Assembly (NCBI GenBank): GCA_036302225.1
Contig: JAXJCX010000059.1
Location: 7,133 to 71,132, forward strand
Direction of reading: 5' to 3'
Length of the DNA stretch: 64,000 nucleotides
DNA from: Collinsella sp.
GTDB taxonomy: Bacteria > Actinomycetota > Coriobacteriia > Coriobacteriales > Coriobacteriaceae
This document shows, one piece after another, positions 42,194-51,324 of this stretch. Below the pieces are notes generated by a model. The model was not told the origin of the DNA and did no database searches. It saw nothing but the letters and a program-made list of their open reading frames with translations. Position 1 is the first letter of the stretch; every line of letters begins with the position of its first letter. The translations under genes and the position numbers were made by a program.

Positions 42194-43321
42194 ATGAAGG
42201 ATCTACTTTGTGACATATCGGCTTTTAGGTACTGGCGTTTGCCTCCTCAAGTCCGCGCTTTGTGTCCGCCGTTTCCACGACCGGAAGAAGACCGGCAGCG
42301 ATATGATCTCGCCCGCAACCCGACGGCTGCAGTCGCGCTCGGTTTTCCGTTGTATACATTGGTTCGGACGAGAAACAAACGGACCTGCCCTGTCAGCATT
42401 AGGCAGCGGCTGTTCCTTGGTGAGCTCCCCAGGGAATCTGTGTTGGAAACGGAGCATGGATTTTTGGTCACGTCTCCTCTACTGACGGCATTTATCATGT
42501 CTCGACATCTGACGGATCTCCAGCTTCTTTTTGTGTTGGCGGAGATGTGTGGCTTGTTTGCGGTGTGTGCTCTGCCGGTGGCGCTTGAGGCGGAGCTTTC
42601 GCGTGCAATTGATTCGGGCGCGATTTCGACAACGTTCGGTTGGGTGCGCTGCCCGTCCGAGGACGGCGCCACTTCAAATTTATGGCGTCGAGACGCTTTG
42701 GTTTTGGGCAGAGACCTTGACCGTTTTTGTTCAGATGTTTGCGGGATGCGTTACGGCAATAGATTTATGGCGGTATCGCAACTCGTCCCATTGGGTGCCG
42801 CGTCGCCTTTTGAGGTCGAGGCGTATTTGTTGCTCGGGCTGCCGCGAGCCCTGGGAGGCGAAGGTTTTTGCGGCATAGAGCTCAATGTCGAAGTGACGTT
42901 AAGCACAAGTGCTCGAGCGATTGTGGGAAAGTCCCGTGTATATATCGACCTACTACTTTCTTCGCTGGACGGCAGGCGACAGGTGGCCATTGAATGTCAG
43001 GGAAAGGCCTCGCACGGACGCGCAGGGGATGGCTTGCGTGACGCCGATCGCATGACGGCCCTTCAGGCCATGGGCTACGATGTACTTCTCCTGACACACA
43101 GACAGATATCCGATGAGGATAGATTCCGCGCGATCGTTAAGGCCGTATGCAGGATGCTCGATGCTGAATATCGTGATAAAAGCCCGGATGAGCAAAGGGC
43201 TGAGGCATTACTCCGGTCTGAACTATTCGTTGACTGGACAAAATTGGGAGTAATCGACGGAAAGATGCACGTTAGACACAAAACAGCTCGATCGTGGACG
43301 GCTGCGGTTTTAAGTGAGTAG
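42194..43321 (+). CDS. Hypothetical protein with C-terminal DUF559/Vsr-like PD-(D/E)xK endonuclease-fold domain
   Basis: C-terminus ...VYIDLLLSSLDGRRQVAIECQGKASHG...DADRMTALQAMGYDVLLLTHRQI matches the D...(E/Q)xDG..H...R...L...G..V.R pattern of DUF559. The ORF is visibly less GC-rich than its neighbours and is bracketed by two MITE-like copies. Confidence 0.6.
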   Translation: MKDLLCDISAFRYWRLPPQVRALCPPFPRPEEDRQRYDLARNPTAAVALGFPLYTLVRTRNKRTCPVSIRQRLFLGELPRESVLETEHGFLVTSPLLTAFIMSRHLTDLQLLFVLAEMCGLFAVCALPVALEAELSRAIDSGAISTTFGWVRCPSEDGATSNLWRRDALVLGRDLDRFCSDVCGMRYGNRFMAVSQLVPLGAASPFEVEAYLLLGLPRALGGEGFCGIELNVEVTLSTSARAIVGKSRVYIDLLLSSLDGRRQVAIECQGKASHGRAGDGLRDADRMTALQAMGYDVLLLTHRQISDEDRFRAIVKAVCRMLDAEYRDKSPDEQRAEALLRSELFVDWTKLGVIDGKMHVRHKTARSWTAAVLSE

Positions 43322-43430
43322 ACTTTTGGCACTTTGGCGACCAGGCCGTTTTGCAACAAGTCATTTACCTGCGGCTTTATAAAGCAATATGGGTGGTGTG
43401 CTCGGCAAGTTCCAAAAAGTCTACTCACTT
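43312..43430 (+). mobile_element. MITE-like element, copy 2 (119 bp)
   Basis: Same termini and orientation as copy 1. It supplies the stop codon of the DUF559-type gene. Confidence 0.75.
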
Positions 43431-43562
43431 AGTTTTTGACGAGAAACCGATGCCTAAGGCGGTCTTATTTCAGGGCGTTAACGAGTTCGTGAGGCACGAA
43501 AAAGGCCCGAACCGCGCGGTCCGGGCCTTATCGAGCTAGAGATTGTCTCTCAGGCGGCTGGC

Positions 43563-44123
43563 TTAGCCAAAGTAGCGCTTGAGCAGGCCGGCGAAAGCCT
43601 TGCCGTGGCGGGCCTCGTCGCGAGCCATCTCGTGCACGGTGTCGTGGATGGCATCGAGGCCGGCGGCCTTGGCGCGCTTGGCAAGATCGGTCTTGCCGGC
43701 GGTGGCGCCGTTCTCGGCCTCAACGCGCATCTCGAGGTTCTTCTTGGTGGAGTCGGTCACGACCTCGCCCAGGAGCTCAGCGAACTTGGCGGCATGCTCC
43801 GCCTCCTCGTGGGCAGCCTTCTCCCAGTACAGGCCGATCTCGGGGTAGCCCTCGCGATGAGCGACGCGAGCCATGGCCAGGTACATACCGACCTCGGAGC
43901 ACTCGCCCTCAAAGTTGGCGCGTAGGTCGGCAACGATGTCCTCGGAGACGCCCTCCATCTTGGCGACGCCCACGACGTGCTCGGCAGCCCACTCGAGCTG
44001 GCCCTCCTCCTGCTTCAGGAAACGAGAACCGGGAACGCCGCACTGGGGGCACTTAAAATCCTCGGGCAGCTGGTCGCCGTCGAACTCTTCCACATAACCG
44101 CAAACGGGGCAAACAAACTTCAT
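43563..44123 (-). CDS. Reverse rubrerythrin (N-terminal rubredoxin + C-terminal di-iron ferritin-like domain)
   Basis: [13 protein letters not shown]...FKCPQCG (rubredoxin), then [14 protein letters not shown]...EEAEHAAKF...EARHGKAF di-iron ligand motifs. Start trimmed to MKFV. Confidence 0.85.
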   Translation of the reverse strand: MKFVCPVCGYVEEFDGDQLPEDFKCPQCGVPGSRFLKQEEGQLEWAAEHVVGVAKMEGVSEDIVADLRANFEGECSEVGMYLAMARVAHREGYPEIGLYWEKAAHEEAEHAAKFAELLGEVVTDSTKKNLEMRVEAENGATAGKTDLAKRAKAAGLDAIHDTVHEMARDEARHGKAFAGLLKRYFG

Positions 44124-44379
44124 GATTCGATCCTTTCGATCGATGGCGATTGCGCGCTCGTCCGGTCCCGTAAGGGCCCTCTCCGGACGTGCGTCTTGAC
44201 GAGTTCTATTATCCATAAATGCGACCAAATGTGAAGCCTATTAGGAATGATTTTTAATAAAACAATTTTGAGATATGAAGATGTTGATTGATTAACGATT
44301 GGCGGGCCGTCTGCGATCTCCGCTGAGTACAATCGGTCGAGCAAATGTTGACCTATCAACAAATAAGGGAGTTTCCTTT

Positions 44380-45600
44380 ATGCATCTAGCCAGTCGTGCC
44401 TGGTGCCGAACATATCAGACGGTTTTTCGCATTGCATTGCCGATCCTGCCCTATACCGAGCCGCGCATTTTGGAGCATGCCGAGGATGTGCCCGCGGTGC
44501 TTCAAAAGCGCTCGATCCAGAAGGTCCTTATCGTGACAGACCCTGGTATTGCACGTTTGGGGCTCACGGCATCACTCGAGCGTGCGCTTACGGCTCAGGG
44601 GATTGGCGTTACGGTCTATGCCGAAACGCGTATGAACCCCACGGTCTCAAACGTGGAGGAAGCGGCGTCCCTGTATCGAGAGAGCGCCTGCCAGGCCATT
44701 ATCGGCTTTGGCGGTGGCTCGGCCATGGACTGTGCCAAGGGCGTGGGAGCACGCATCGCGCAGCCAAACAAGCCCATCAACAAGATGCGCGGGCTGCTGC
44801 GGATTCATCGTCGCCTGCCGCTGCTCATCGCCGTTCCCACCACGGCAGGCACGGGAAGCGAGGTTACGCTTGCGGCGGTAATTACCGATGATGAGACGCA
44901 CTACAAGTACCCCATTAACGACTTTGTGCTTATCCCGCGCCTTGCGGTGCACGACCCCGAGTTTACGCGCGGCCTGCCCGCCTCCATTACGGGGCAGACG
45001 GGCATGGACGCCCTGACGCATGCTGTCGAGGCCTTTATCGGGCGAAGCACCACGCCCTATACGCGCAAGATGGCGCGACAGGCGGTTCAGCTCATCCACG
45101 ACAATTTGCTCGAGGCCTATGAGCATGGCGACAACATGCGTGCACGTCGCAATATGCTTTCGGCGGCGTATAAGGCGGGTGTTGCGTTTACCCGCTCCTA
45201 TGTCGGATATGTGCATGCCATCGCGCACAGTCTGGGCGGCCGATACGGAATTCCGCACGGTTTGGCCAACGCGATCATCCTGCCGCACATGCTTCGCGCT
45301 TATGGTGACGCCGCCGCCCCCAAGCTTGCCGACCTCGCTCGCATGGCGGGCATTGCGCCGGCTACCGCACAGGATAGTCTTGCGGCCGAGGCCTTTATCG
45401 ATTGGGTCGACCGCATGAACGGGGCCCTGGGAATCCCCAAATATGTCTCAGGTATTCGCCGCTCCGACATTCCTGAGATGGCGGCGCATGCCGATGCCGA
45501 GGCCAATCCCCTGTACCCCGTTCCGCTTTTGATGGACCGCTTGGAGCTCGAGCATATGTACGAAGTCGTTGCAGGTGGTATGTTTGAGGGCGAGAACTAG
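44380..45600 (+). CDS. Iron-containing (group III) alcohol dehydrogenase
   Basis: ...IIGFGGGSAMDCAKG...PTTAGTGSEVT...DALTHAVEA...HAIAHSLGG...HG.ANA. Confidence 0.85.
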   Translation: MHLASRAWCRTYQTVFRIALPILPYTEPRILEHAEDVPAVLQKRSIQKVLIVTDPGIARLGLTASLERALTAQGIGVTVYAETRMNPTVSNVEEAASLYRESACQAIIGFGGGSAMDCAKGVGARIAQPNKPINKMRGLLRIHRRLPLLIAVPTTAGTGSEVTLAAVITDDETHYKYPINDFVLIPRLAVHDPEFTRGLPASITGQTGMDALTHAVEAFIGRSTTPYTRKMARQAVQLIHDNLLEAYEHGDNMRARRNMLSAAYKAGVAFTRSYVGYVHAIAHSLGGRYGIPHGLANAIILPHMLRAYGDAAAPKLADLARMAGIAPATAQDSLAAEAFIDWVDRMNGALGIPKYVSGIRRSDIPEMAAHADAEANPLYPVPLLMDRLELEHMYEVVAGGMFEGEN

Positions 45601-45608
45601 GAGGGTCC

Positions 45609-46988
45609 ATGAACACCGGGGAAATTGCGCGCATCGTCGGCGATCAGCGCACCTATTTTAAGACGCACGCTACGTTTGATGTCGATGCTCGACGTCGCGC
45701 GCTCGTGAGTTTACGCGATGCGGTCCGGGCGCACGAGGCCGATATTGCCCATGCGCTCAAGACCGATTTGGGAAAGTCGCATGACGAGGCATATATGTGC
45801 GAGATCGGCACGTCGCTTTCCGAGATTCGTCATCAGATTGCTCACGTGGTTCGATGGAGTCGTCCGCGCCTGCGTCCGTGCGATCTTGCCAACGCCGTGA
45901 GTGTGTGCAAAACGCAAGCCGTGCCCTATGGCGTCACGCTCATCATGGCGCCCTGGAACTACCCGTTTTTGCTGACGCTCGAGCCGCTCGCTGGCGCCCT
46001 TGCCGCAGGCAATACCGTCGTCATCAAGCCGAGTGCATATGCTCCGGCATCGAGCGCGGTGCTCAAGCAAATCTGTGAAGAGGCATTTGATCCGCGTCTG
46101 GTGACGGTTGTCGAGGGCGGGCGCGCCGAGAACGAAGCGTTGCTCGATGAGTGCTGGGACAAGATTTTCTTTACCGGTAGCGTTCCGGTCGGCAAACTCG
46201 TCATGGAGCGCGCAAGTAAAAACCTTGCGCCCGTGACGCTTGAGCTGGGCGGAAAGAGTCCCTGCATCGTGGATGCGACGGCAAACTTGAAGGTTGCGGC
46301 ACGGCGTATCGCCTTTGGTAAATGGCTCAACGTGGGGCAGACCTGCGTGGCGCCCGACTACCTGCTGGTCGATACGAGCGTGCACGACGAGCTGCTGGGC
46401 CTCATCAAGGAAGAGGTCCGTCGCATGTTTGGCGAGCACCCGCTCGATAACGAGGATTACGGGCATATCGTCAACGCCAAACATTTTGCGCGCGTGCGTG
46501 GACTGATCGATCCCGATAAGGTCGTGCTTGGAGGTGTCACGCGCGAGGCTTCGCTCAAGATCGAGCCGACGATTTTGGATGGCGTGGCCCCCGATGACGC
46601 CGTGATGCAGGAGGAGATCTTCGGCCCCATCTTGCCGGTACTGACGTTTGAGAACTTAGACGAGGCCGAAACGTTTATTACGGATCGTCCGACGCCGCTG
46701 GCCCTGTATATCTTTAGCCAGGACCGCGAGGTCCAGCAGCGCTTTGTGCGCTACGTGCCCTTTGGCGGCGGCTGTGTTAACGACACCATCATGCATCTGG
46801 CTACGAGCCATATGGGCTTTGGCGGCATGGGCGCGAGCGGCATGGGGCAGTACCATGGCCGCGAGAGCTTCGATGCGTTTAGCCACAAGAAGAGCATCGT
46901 GAACAAGGCAACCTGGCTGGACGTGCCGTTTCGGTATGCGCCCTACGCAAGCTGGAAGCACAAATTCGTGCGCATGTTTGTGCATTAG
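45609..46988 (+). CDS. Aldehyde dehydrogenase (class-3-like)
   Basis: ...MAPWNYPF...FTGSVPVGK...LELGGKSPCIV...GQTCVAPDY...EEIFGPILP. An 8-nt gap after the ADH gene and an AGGAGGG RBS suggest an operon. Confidence 0.85.
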   Translation: MNTGEIARIVGDQRTYFKTHATFDVDARRRALVSLRDAVRAHEADIAHALKTDLGKSHDEAYMCEIGTSLSEIRHQIAHVVRWSRPRLRPCDLANAVSVCKTQAVPYGVTLIMAPWNYPFLLTLEPLAGALAAGNTVVIKPSAYAPASSAVLKQICEEAFDPRLVTVVEGGRAENEALLDECWDKIFFTGSVPVGKLVMERASKNLAPVTLELGGKSPCIVDATANLKVAARRIAFGKWLNVGQTCVAPDYLLVDTSVHDELLGLIKEEVRRMFGEHPLDNEDYGHIVNAKHFARVRGLIDPDKVVLGGVTREASLKIEPTILDGVAPDDAVMQEEIFGPILPVLTFENLDEAETFITDRPTPLALYIFSQDREVQQRFVRYVPFGGGCVNDTIMHLATSHMGFGGMGASGMGQYHGRESFDAFSHKKSIVNKATWLDVPFRYAPYASWKHKFVRMFVH

Positions 46989-46989
46989 G

Positions 46990-47033
46990 AAATGGCAGGT
47001 AATACGAACAAGTGTTCCTATTACCTGCCATTT
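46990..47033 (+). terminator. 15-bp-stem hairpin 3' of the ALDH gene
   Basis: aaatggcaggtaata-cgaacaagtgttcc-tattacctgccattt. Confidence 0.7.
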
Positions 47034-47091
47034 ACGTTAGACTACTGCCATGGGGTACGGATGGGCCAACTCCCTTTAGAAGGGAATTGGT

Positions 47092-47166
47092 ATGAACGTA
47101 AGCGATGTTATTTCGTTACTGGCGTTGTTAATCGCGGCTATCGAACTCGGCCTGTTTATCGGCTGA
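47092..47166 (+). CDS. 24-aa hydrophobic peptide (candidate type-I-toxin/holin-like small membrane peptide)
   Basis: GAAGGGA RBS 7 nt upstream of the ATG. Product is MNVSDVISLLALLIAAIELGLFIG. It is too short for the ORF track and lies in a ~375-bp otherwise gene-free stretch. Confidence 0.35.
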   Translation: MNVSDVISLLALLIAAIELGLFIG

Positions 47167-47410
47167 ATGAAATAGCCGCCCCCGCGTAAGCGAAGACGGC
47201 CACTTCTCACGATGTAAACGTGCACTGGAGTTGGCAAGACCCGCTGCAACGGGTGCCATCCGTGCCTCTATCTTATCTGCAAGCGCTCTGTCTCGCAAGC
47301 GTTGCGGCAACTGGGTGAAAGGCGCGAGCGGGTGAATTCGTGTCCGCACGGGCCCGTAAACTTCTCAGTAAGGTTAAGCGCCGGTTTATCCGGCCGTTAG
47401 GGGAGTTGCC

Positions 47411-47737
47411 ATGTACGAGCCTTCACGTGTTCTTTTGTCGTTTCATATCGCAGGATTTCAGTATGCCGACGGTGCCTTGGTCCTGGGCGATCTTAAGGTC
47501 GGCGATAAGCTGACGCTGTGTGCCGAGCGCGATAATCCCCATGACCCTGAGGCGGTTGCGATCTATTACGGCAACACCAAGCTCGGCTATGTTCCAGGAA
47601 ACGAGGTCGGCCCGCTATCCGTGATGATGTATTACGGACACGAGGGTGTATTTGAGGCGCGCGTGCAGCAGGTTGCCCCCGAGCGTAGCCCGTGGCACCA
47701 GGTGCGCGTTGGCCTCTACGTGGTGGATGCTCGCTAG
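47411..47737 (+). CDS. Stand-alone HIRAN-domain protein
   Basis: ...FHIAGFQYADG...GDKLTLCAERDNPHDPEAVAIYYGNTKLGYVP... is the characteristic HIRAN core (G.QY, NP.D..A, LGY.P). Confidence 0.75.
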   Translation: MYEPSRVLLSFHIAGFQYADGALVLGDLKVGDKLTLCAERDNPHDPEAVAIYYGNTKLGYVPGNEVGPLSVMMYYGHEGVFEARVQQVAPERSPWHQVRVGLYVVDAR

Positions 47738-47755
47738 TCGGTAAGGGAGGCTGCC

Positions 47756-47935
47756 ATGTTTGATGACGATGGCCTGTTCGATCTGACGGATGACCCGTTT
47801 GAGTGGGATATGCTGCTCGACGATGATGAGCTGGAGCAGGACCGTAAGAAGCGGCAGGATAAGAATACCCAGGGTGACGCTTCGAAAAAGCAAGACAAGC
47901 GCCGCCGCGGACTGTTCGGCGGGTTCTTTGGATAA
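47756..47935 (+). CDS. 59-aa highly charged microprotein (acidic N-half, basic C-half)
   Basis: AAGGGAGG sits 5 nt before ATG 47756. Product is MFDDDGLFDLTDDPFEWDMLLDDDELEQDRKKRQDKNTQGDASKKQDKRRRGLFGGFFG. It starts 19 nt after the HIRAN stop and is one residue below the ORF-track cutoff. Confidence 0.45.
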   Translation: MFDDDGLFDLTDDPFEWDMLLDDDELEQDRKKRQDKNTQGDASKKQDKRRRGLFGGFFG

Positions 47936-48001
47936 CCGCCGCATCGCTGCGTCTGTATACTTAGCACGAGTTGAACACGTTGCGAAATGAGGACAGAGAC
48001 G

Positions 48002-48547
48002 ATGATGTGGTTTACCGCCGATCTGCACCTGGGCGATACGAATATCTTGCACGACATGGACCGGCCGTTTGGCTCGGTCGAGGAGATGAATCGCAAGGCC
48101 ATCGATGCCATCAATGAGTGCGTGGCTGTGGATGACCGTCTCTACATTCTGGGTGACTTTACCTATCGTTTGCCCCTGGCGGAGGCGGTGCGCCTGCGCG
48201 AGCGTATTGCCTGCCAAAACGTGACGCTCATCCGTGGTAACCATGACGGCGATTGGGAAGATCCCGACGTGCCGCAAATTTGGGAAGACGTGCGTGATTA
48301 TCTGGAGATTGCCCCCGGCTATGCCAAGGGCCATCGTCTGGTTATGAGCCACTACCCCATGCTTAGCTGGAATGGCAAGGCGCGTGGCGCCATCATGCTG
48401 CACGGGCATATCCACAGCAGGGGAGACCGCACCAACGCGCGCAACCGCGATCGCGAGCGCCCCATTTACCGCTACGATGTGGGCCTCGACGCCAATGACT
48501 ACAAGCCCGTAAGCCGCGATCAAATCCTTGGCTTTTTTGGACTGTAA
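48002..48547 (+). CDS. Small calcineurin-like metallophosphoesterase (COG4186-like)
   Basis: MMWFTADLHLGD, LGDF, RGNHD and HGHIH metal-binding motifs in canonical order. Confidence 0.75.
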   Translation: MMWFTADLHLGDTNILHDMDRPFGSVEEMNRKAIDAINECVAVDDRLYILGDFTYRLPLAEAVRLRERIACQNVTLIRGNHDGDWEDPDVPQIWEDVRDYLEIAPGYAKGHRLVMSHYPMLSWNGKARGAIMLHGHIHSRGDRTNARNRDRERPIYRYDVGLDANDYKPVSRDQILGFFGL

Positions 48548-48620
48548 TTAGAAGTGCAGGTAGAATGAACGCGCCGTGTGGATGGTCTACACGGCGTGTG
48601 TTTGCAGGAACGGTGATTCC

Positions 48621-49457
48621 ATGAGGGCTATCCAGCGCATTAACCACAACGCTGCCATCTGCGAAGATGGTGCGGGGCGCCAGCTTATCGCGTTGGGTCG
48701 TGGTATCGGTTTTGGCGACATGCCGCACGAGGTCGATCTTGACGTTATTACGCGTACCTTTTACGGCATCGATCCAAAGTATCTGGCGTTCATCGACGAG
48801 GTCGACCCCGAGGTGCTTGAGTTTTCTGCTCAGCTGGCAGATATTGCGACCGGACAGCTTTCGTACGAATTGAGTCCTAACCTTCCCATTACATTGGCAG
48901 ACCATATTCAGTTTGCCATTAAGCGTGCCCGCGAACACATGGTGGTGTCGTTGCCGCTTGAGCGCGATCTTGAGCAGCTGCATCCCATCGAATACCGCTT
49001 GGGCGAGCTGGCTGTTCGCGGTATCCAGAAGAGCTTTCATGTGCGCATGCCCCGAAGCGAGGCCGCAGGCATTGCCATGTCGATTGTTAACGCGTCGGTT
49101 AAGCCGAGCGAGCGGCGTGTGCTTGCCGAGCAGCACGAGGAGCGACTGCTCGATATGACGGTCGTGATTATTCAAGAAGAGTTGGGTGTGACGGTCGATC
49201 GCTCGTCGTTCGCCTTTACTCGCTTTGCCACTCATGTGCGCTATCTGCTCGACCGCGTGGCAAAGAAGGAGCCGATCGATACCGAAAACTCTGGTCTCTA
49301 CGGCGTGCTCGTGGAGCAATATCCGGCGGCATCGCGTTGCGCTCATCGTGTCGATGATCTGATTCAAGAGACCTTTGGCGAGCCATTGGCCCAAGAGGAG
49401 CTCGTCTATCTGATCATGCATGTGAATCGCGTGGCTTCTGTCCACTCGGATAAATAG
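48621..49457 (+). CDS. BglG/LicT-family PRD-containing transcription antiterminator
   Basis: CAT domain MRAIQRINHNAAICEDGAGRQLIALGRGIGF followed by two PRD-like regions. Sits upstream of a PTS EIIBC gene. Confidence 0.8.
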   Translation: MRAIQRINHNAAICEDGAGRQLIALGRGIGFGDMPHEVDLDVITRTFYGIDPKYLAFIDEVDPEVLEFSAQLADIATGQLSYELSPNLPITLADHIQFAIKRAREHMVVSLPLERDLEQLHPIEYRLGELAVRGIQKSFHVRMPRSEAAGIAMSIVNASVKPSERRVLAEQHEERLLDMTVVIIQEELGVTVDRSSFAFTRFATHVRYLLDRVAKKEPIDTENSGLYGVLVEQYPAASRCAHRVDDLIQETFGEPLAQEELVYLIMHVNRVASVHSDK

Positions 49458-49567
49458 GCTCTCTGGTATTTCCTTTCCGTCATGGCGACCGTTCGCGGGT
49501 CGTTTGCTACCGTTCGTCGGTAATCTGAGCCGCAACGAACGCATCTGCCGCACATACTCGCCATGTG

Positions 49568-49659
49568 TTGGGTGTTACTCACGGCGCAGCTCCGAGAGGC
49601 ACTACCGATTCTGCCGAGGCCATTACTGGGTCTCTGTCGGTTGTGCGCGGGGCTTTTTT
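49568..49659 (+). promoter_or_regulatory. Putative RAT-like element overlapping a terminator in the PTS leader
   Basis: ttgGGTGTTACTcacggcGCAGc resembles the RAT consensus GGATTGTTACTG...GCAGG. gcgcagctccgagag (49584) can pair with ctctgtcggttgtgcgc (49632), followed by GGGGCTTTTTT. The loop is large, so the fold is uncertain. Confidence 0.4.
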
Positions 49660-49798
49660 CATGTCGATCCACCCGGGAATCACATGCAATGAAATCTCTT
49701 GCCAACGGATATCGCGCGCTGCGCAGGCGCGAGCGGAATCGTGCGTCTTGGTGCCGTGAAGCCCCACGGGCCTTTAGTTGGAAGAGAATGGATTCGAC

Positions 49799-51247
49799 AT
49801 GGCTGTCGATAACAAGAAGATTGCCAAGGATGTGCTTGCTGCCGTCGGCGGCGCCTCCAATGTGACGAACGCGACGCACTGCATGACCCGCTTGCGTCTG
49901 AACATCAAGGATCAGTCCGTTCCCAATGACGATGAAGTAAAGAAGATCAAGGGTGTACTGGGTGCACAGTGGTCTGGCGGCCAGTATCAGGTCATCATCG
50001 GTCAGAACGTACCGAAGGTCTATGACGCCGCCATTGCGCTGGGCGTTAAGGGCGAAGGCTCCATTGACGAGAACCTCGATGGCGGCGCCAAGGAGCCGCT
50101 GACGCTCAAGACCGCGGGCAACAAGATCCTCAACTACCTGTCCAAGACCATGGTCATGACGATCCCCATTATCATGGGCGCCGCCATGTTCCGTACCATT
50201 GCCGTACTTTGCGGTGACGGCATGCTCGGTATCTGGCCTGCCGATTCTGACATTTACAACTTCTTCTACAACTGGATTTACAACGCCGGCTATTATTTCC
50301 TTCCTGTTTATTTGGGTTGGGCTGCCGCAAAGCAGCTCGGCTGCAGCCAGCCGCTCGGTATGATGCTCGGCGGCGTGCTCATTGCCCCCGAGTTCATGAC
50401 GCTGGTCAACGCCGCCGCGGATTCGGGTGCTACGACCACGATGGTTTACGGTGTGCTCCCGGCTCAGTTGAATAACTATTCTGCGACCGTGCTTCCCATG
50501 GTGTTATCTATGCCGGTGCTGATGGTCGTCGAAAAGTTCATGAAGAAGATCGTTCCCGACATGCTCTCTACGGTGTTTGTGCCCGTCTGCACCATGGCTG
50601 TGATGATCCCCGTTTCTCTGTGCGCTCTGGCTCCGATTGGCTCCATTCTGGGTAACCTGGTCGGCAACTTTATGTTCGGCCTTGGTAACGCCGGCGGCAT
50701 CGTCACGATCCTCTCCCTCGTTGCCATTGCCGCGCTTTGGGAGTTCCTGGTTATGACCGGTATGCATCAGGTTTTGCTTGCCCTTGGCATTGTGCAGCTG
50801 CTCACCTCGGGTTCTGACTCCTGCGTTATGGTCGCGGGCGGTATCGCTTCGTTCGCTACGTGGGGTATGGCCTTCGGCGCCTTCCTGCGCCTTAAGGAAA
50901 CCGACGAAAAGGGCGCCATGCTTGGTTTCTCGCTCTCTGGCATTGTCGGTGGCGTGACGGAGCCCGCGTTGTATGGCTGCGGCTTTAAGTACACTCGCTG
51001 CCTGGGCGCCATGGTTGCCGGCGGTGCTATCGGCGGTCTGATTGCAGCCCTCACCAATGTGACGACGTATGTTTTGGGCGCGACCAATATTCTGAGCGTC
51101 ACTGGATTTGTTGCCGGTGGAACTGCTAATCTCGTTTGGGGATGCGTTGCATCGGGCGCTGCGTTTGTTTCCGCAGCCGTCATCGCTTACCTCTTTGGCT
51201 TTACCAAGGAGCAGCTCGATGAGGACGCTGCTGCCGCCAAGGCCTAA
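49799..51247 (+). CDS. PTS EIIBC component (glucose/beta-glucoside superfamily), no IIA domain
   Basis: EIIB motif NATHCMTRLRL with the phospho-Cys, followed by a ~10-TM EIIC domain. Confidence 0.85.
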   Translation: MAVDNKKIAKDVLAAVGGASNVTNATHCMTRLRLNIKDQSVPNDDEVKKIKGVLGAQWSGGQYQVIIGQNVPKVYDAAIALGVKGEGSIDENLDGGAKEPLTLKTAGNKILNYLSKTMVMTIPIIMGAAMFRTIAVLCGDGMLGIWPADSDIYNFFYNWIYNAGYYFLPVYLGWAAAKQLGCSQPLGMMLGGVLIAPEFMTLVNAAADSGATTTMVYGVLPAQLNNYSATVLPMVLSMPVLMVVEKFMKKIVPDMLSTVFVPVCTMAVMIPVSLCALAPIGSILGNLVGNFMFGLGNAGGIVTILSLVAIAALWEFLVMTGMHQVLLALGIVQLLTSGSDSCVMVAGGIASFATWGMAFGAFLRLKETDEKGAMLGFSLSGIVGGVTEPALYGCGFKYTRCLGAMVAGGAIGGLIAALTNVTTYVLGATNILSVTGFVAGGTANLVWGCVASGAAFVSAAVIAYLFGFTKEQLDEDAAAAKA

Positions 51248-51324
51248 AGCATCCGTTTGGTAGGACAATTATCTGGGGCACTTGGCTACGCTTCAAGTGC
51301 CCCTTTCCGTAGATGGGAGTCAAT

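Noticed and set aside
46992-47349. 65-aa plus-strand and 73-aa minus-strand ORFs in the ALDH-HIRAN gap
   Set aside because: Neither has an RBS, and the first starts inside the ALDH terminator hairpin. Their composition is not protein-like. The only plausible coding signal in the gap is the 24-aa peptide reported separately.
48393-49553. 386-aa minus-strand ORF
   Set aside because: It is antisense to the LicT-type antiterminator, whose CAT/PRD motifs and position upstream of the PTS gene support the plus-strand call.
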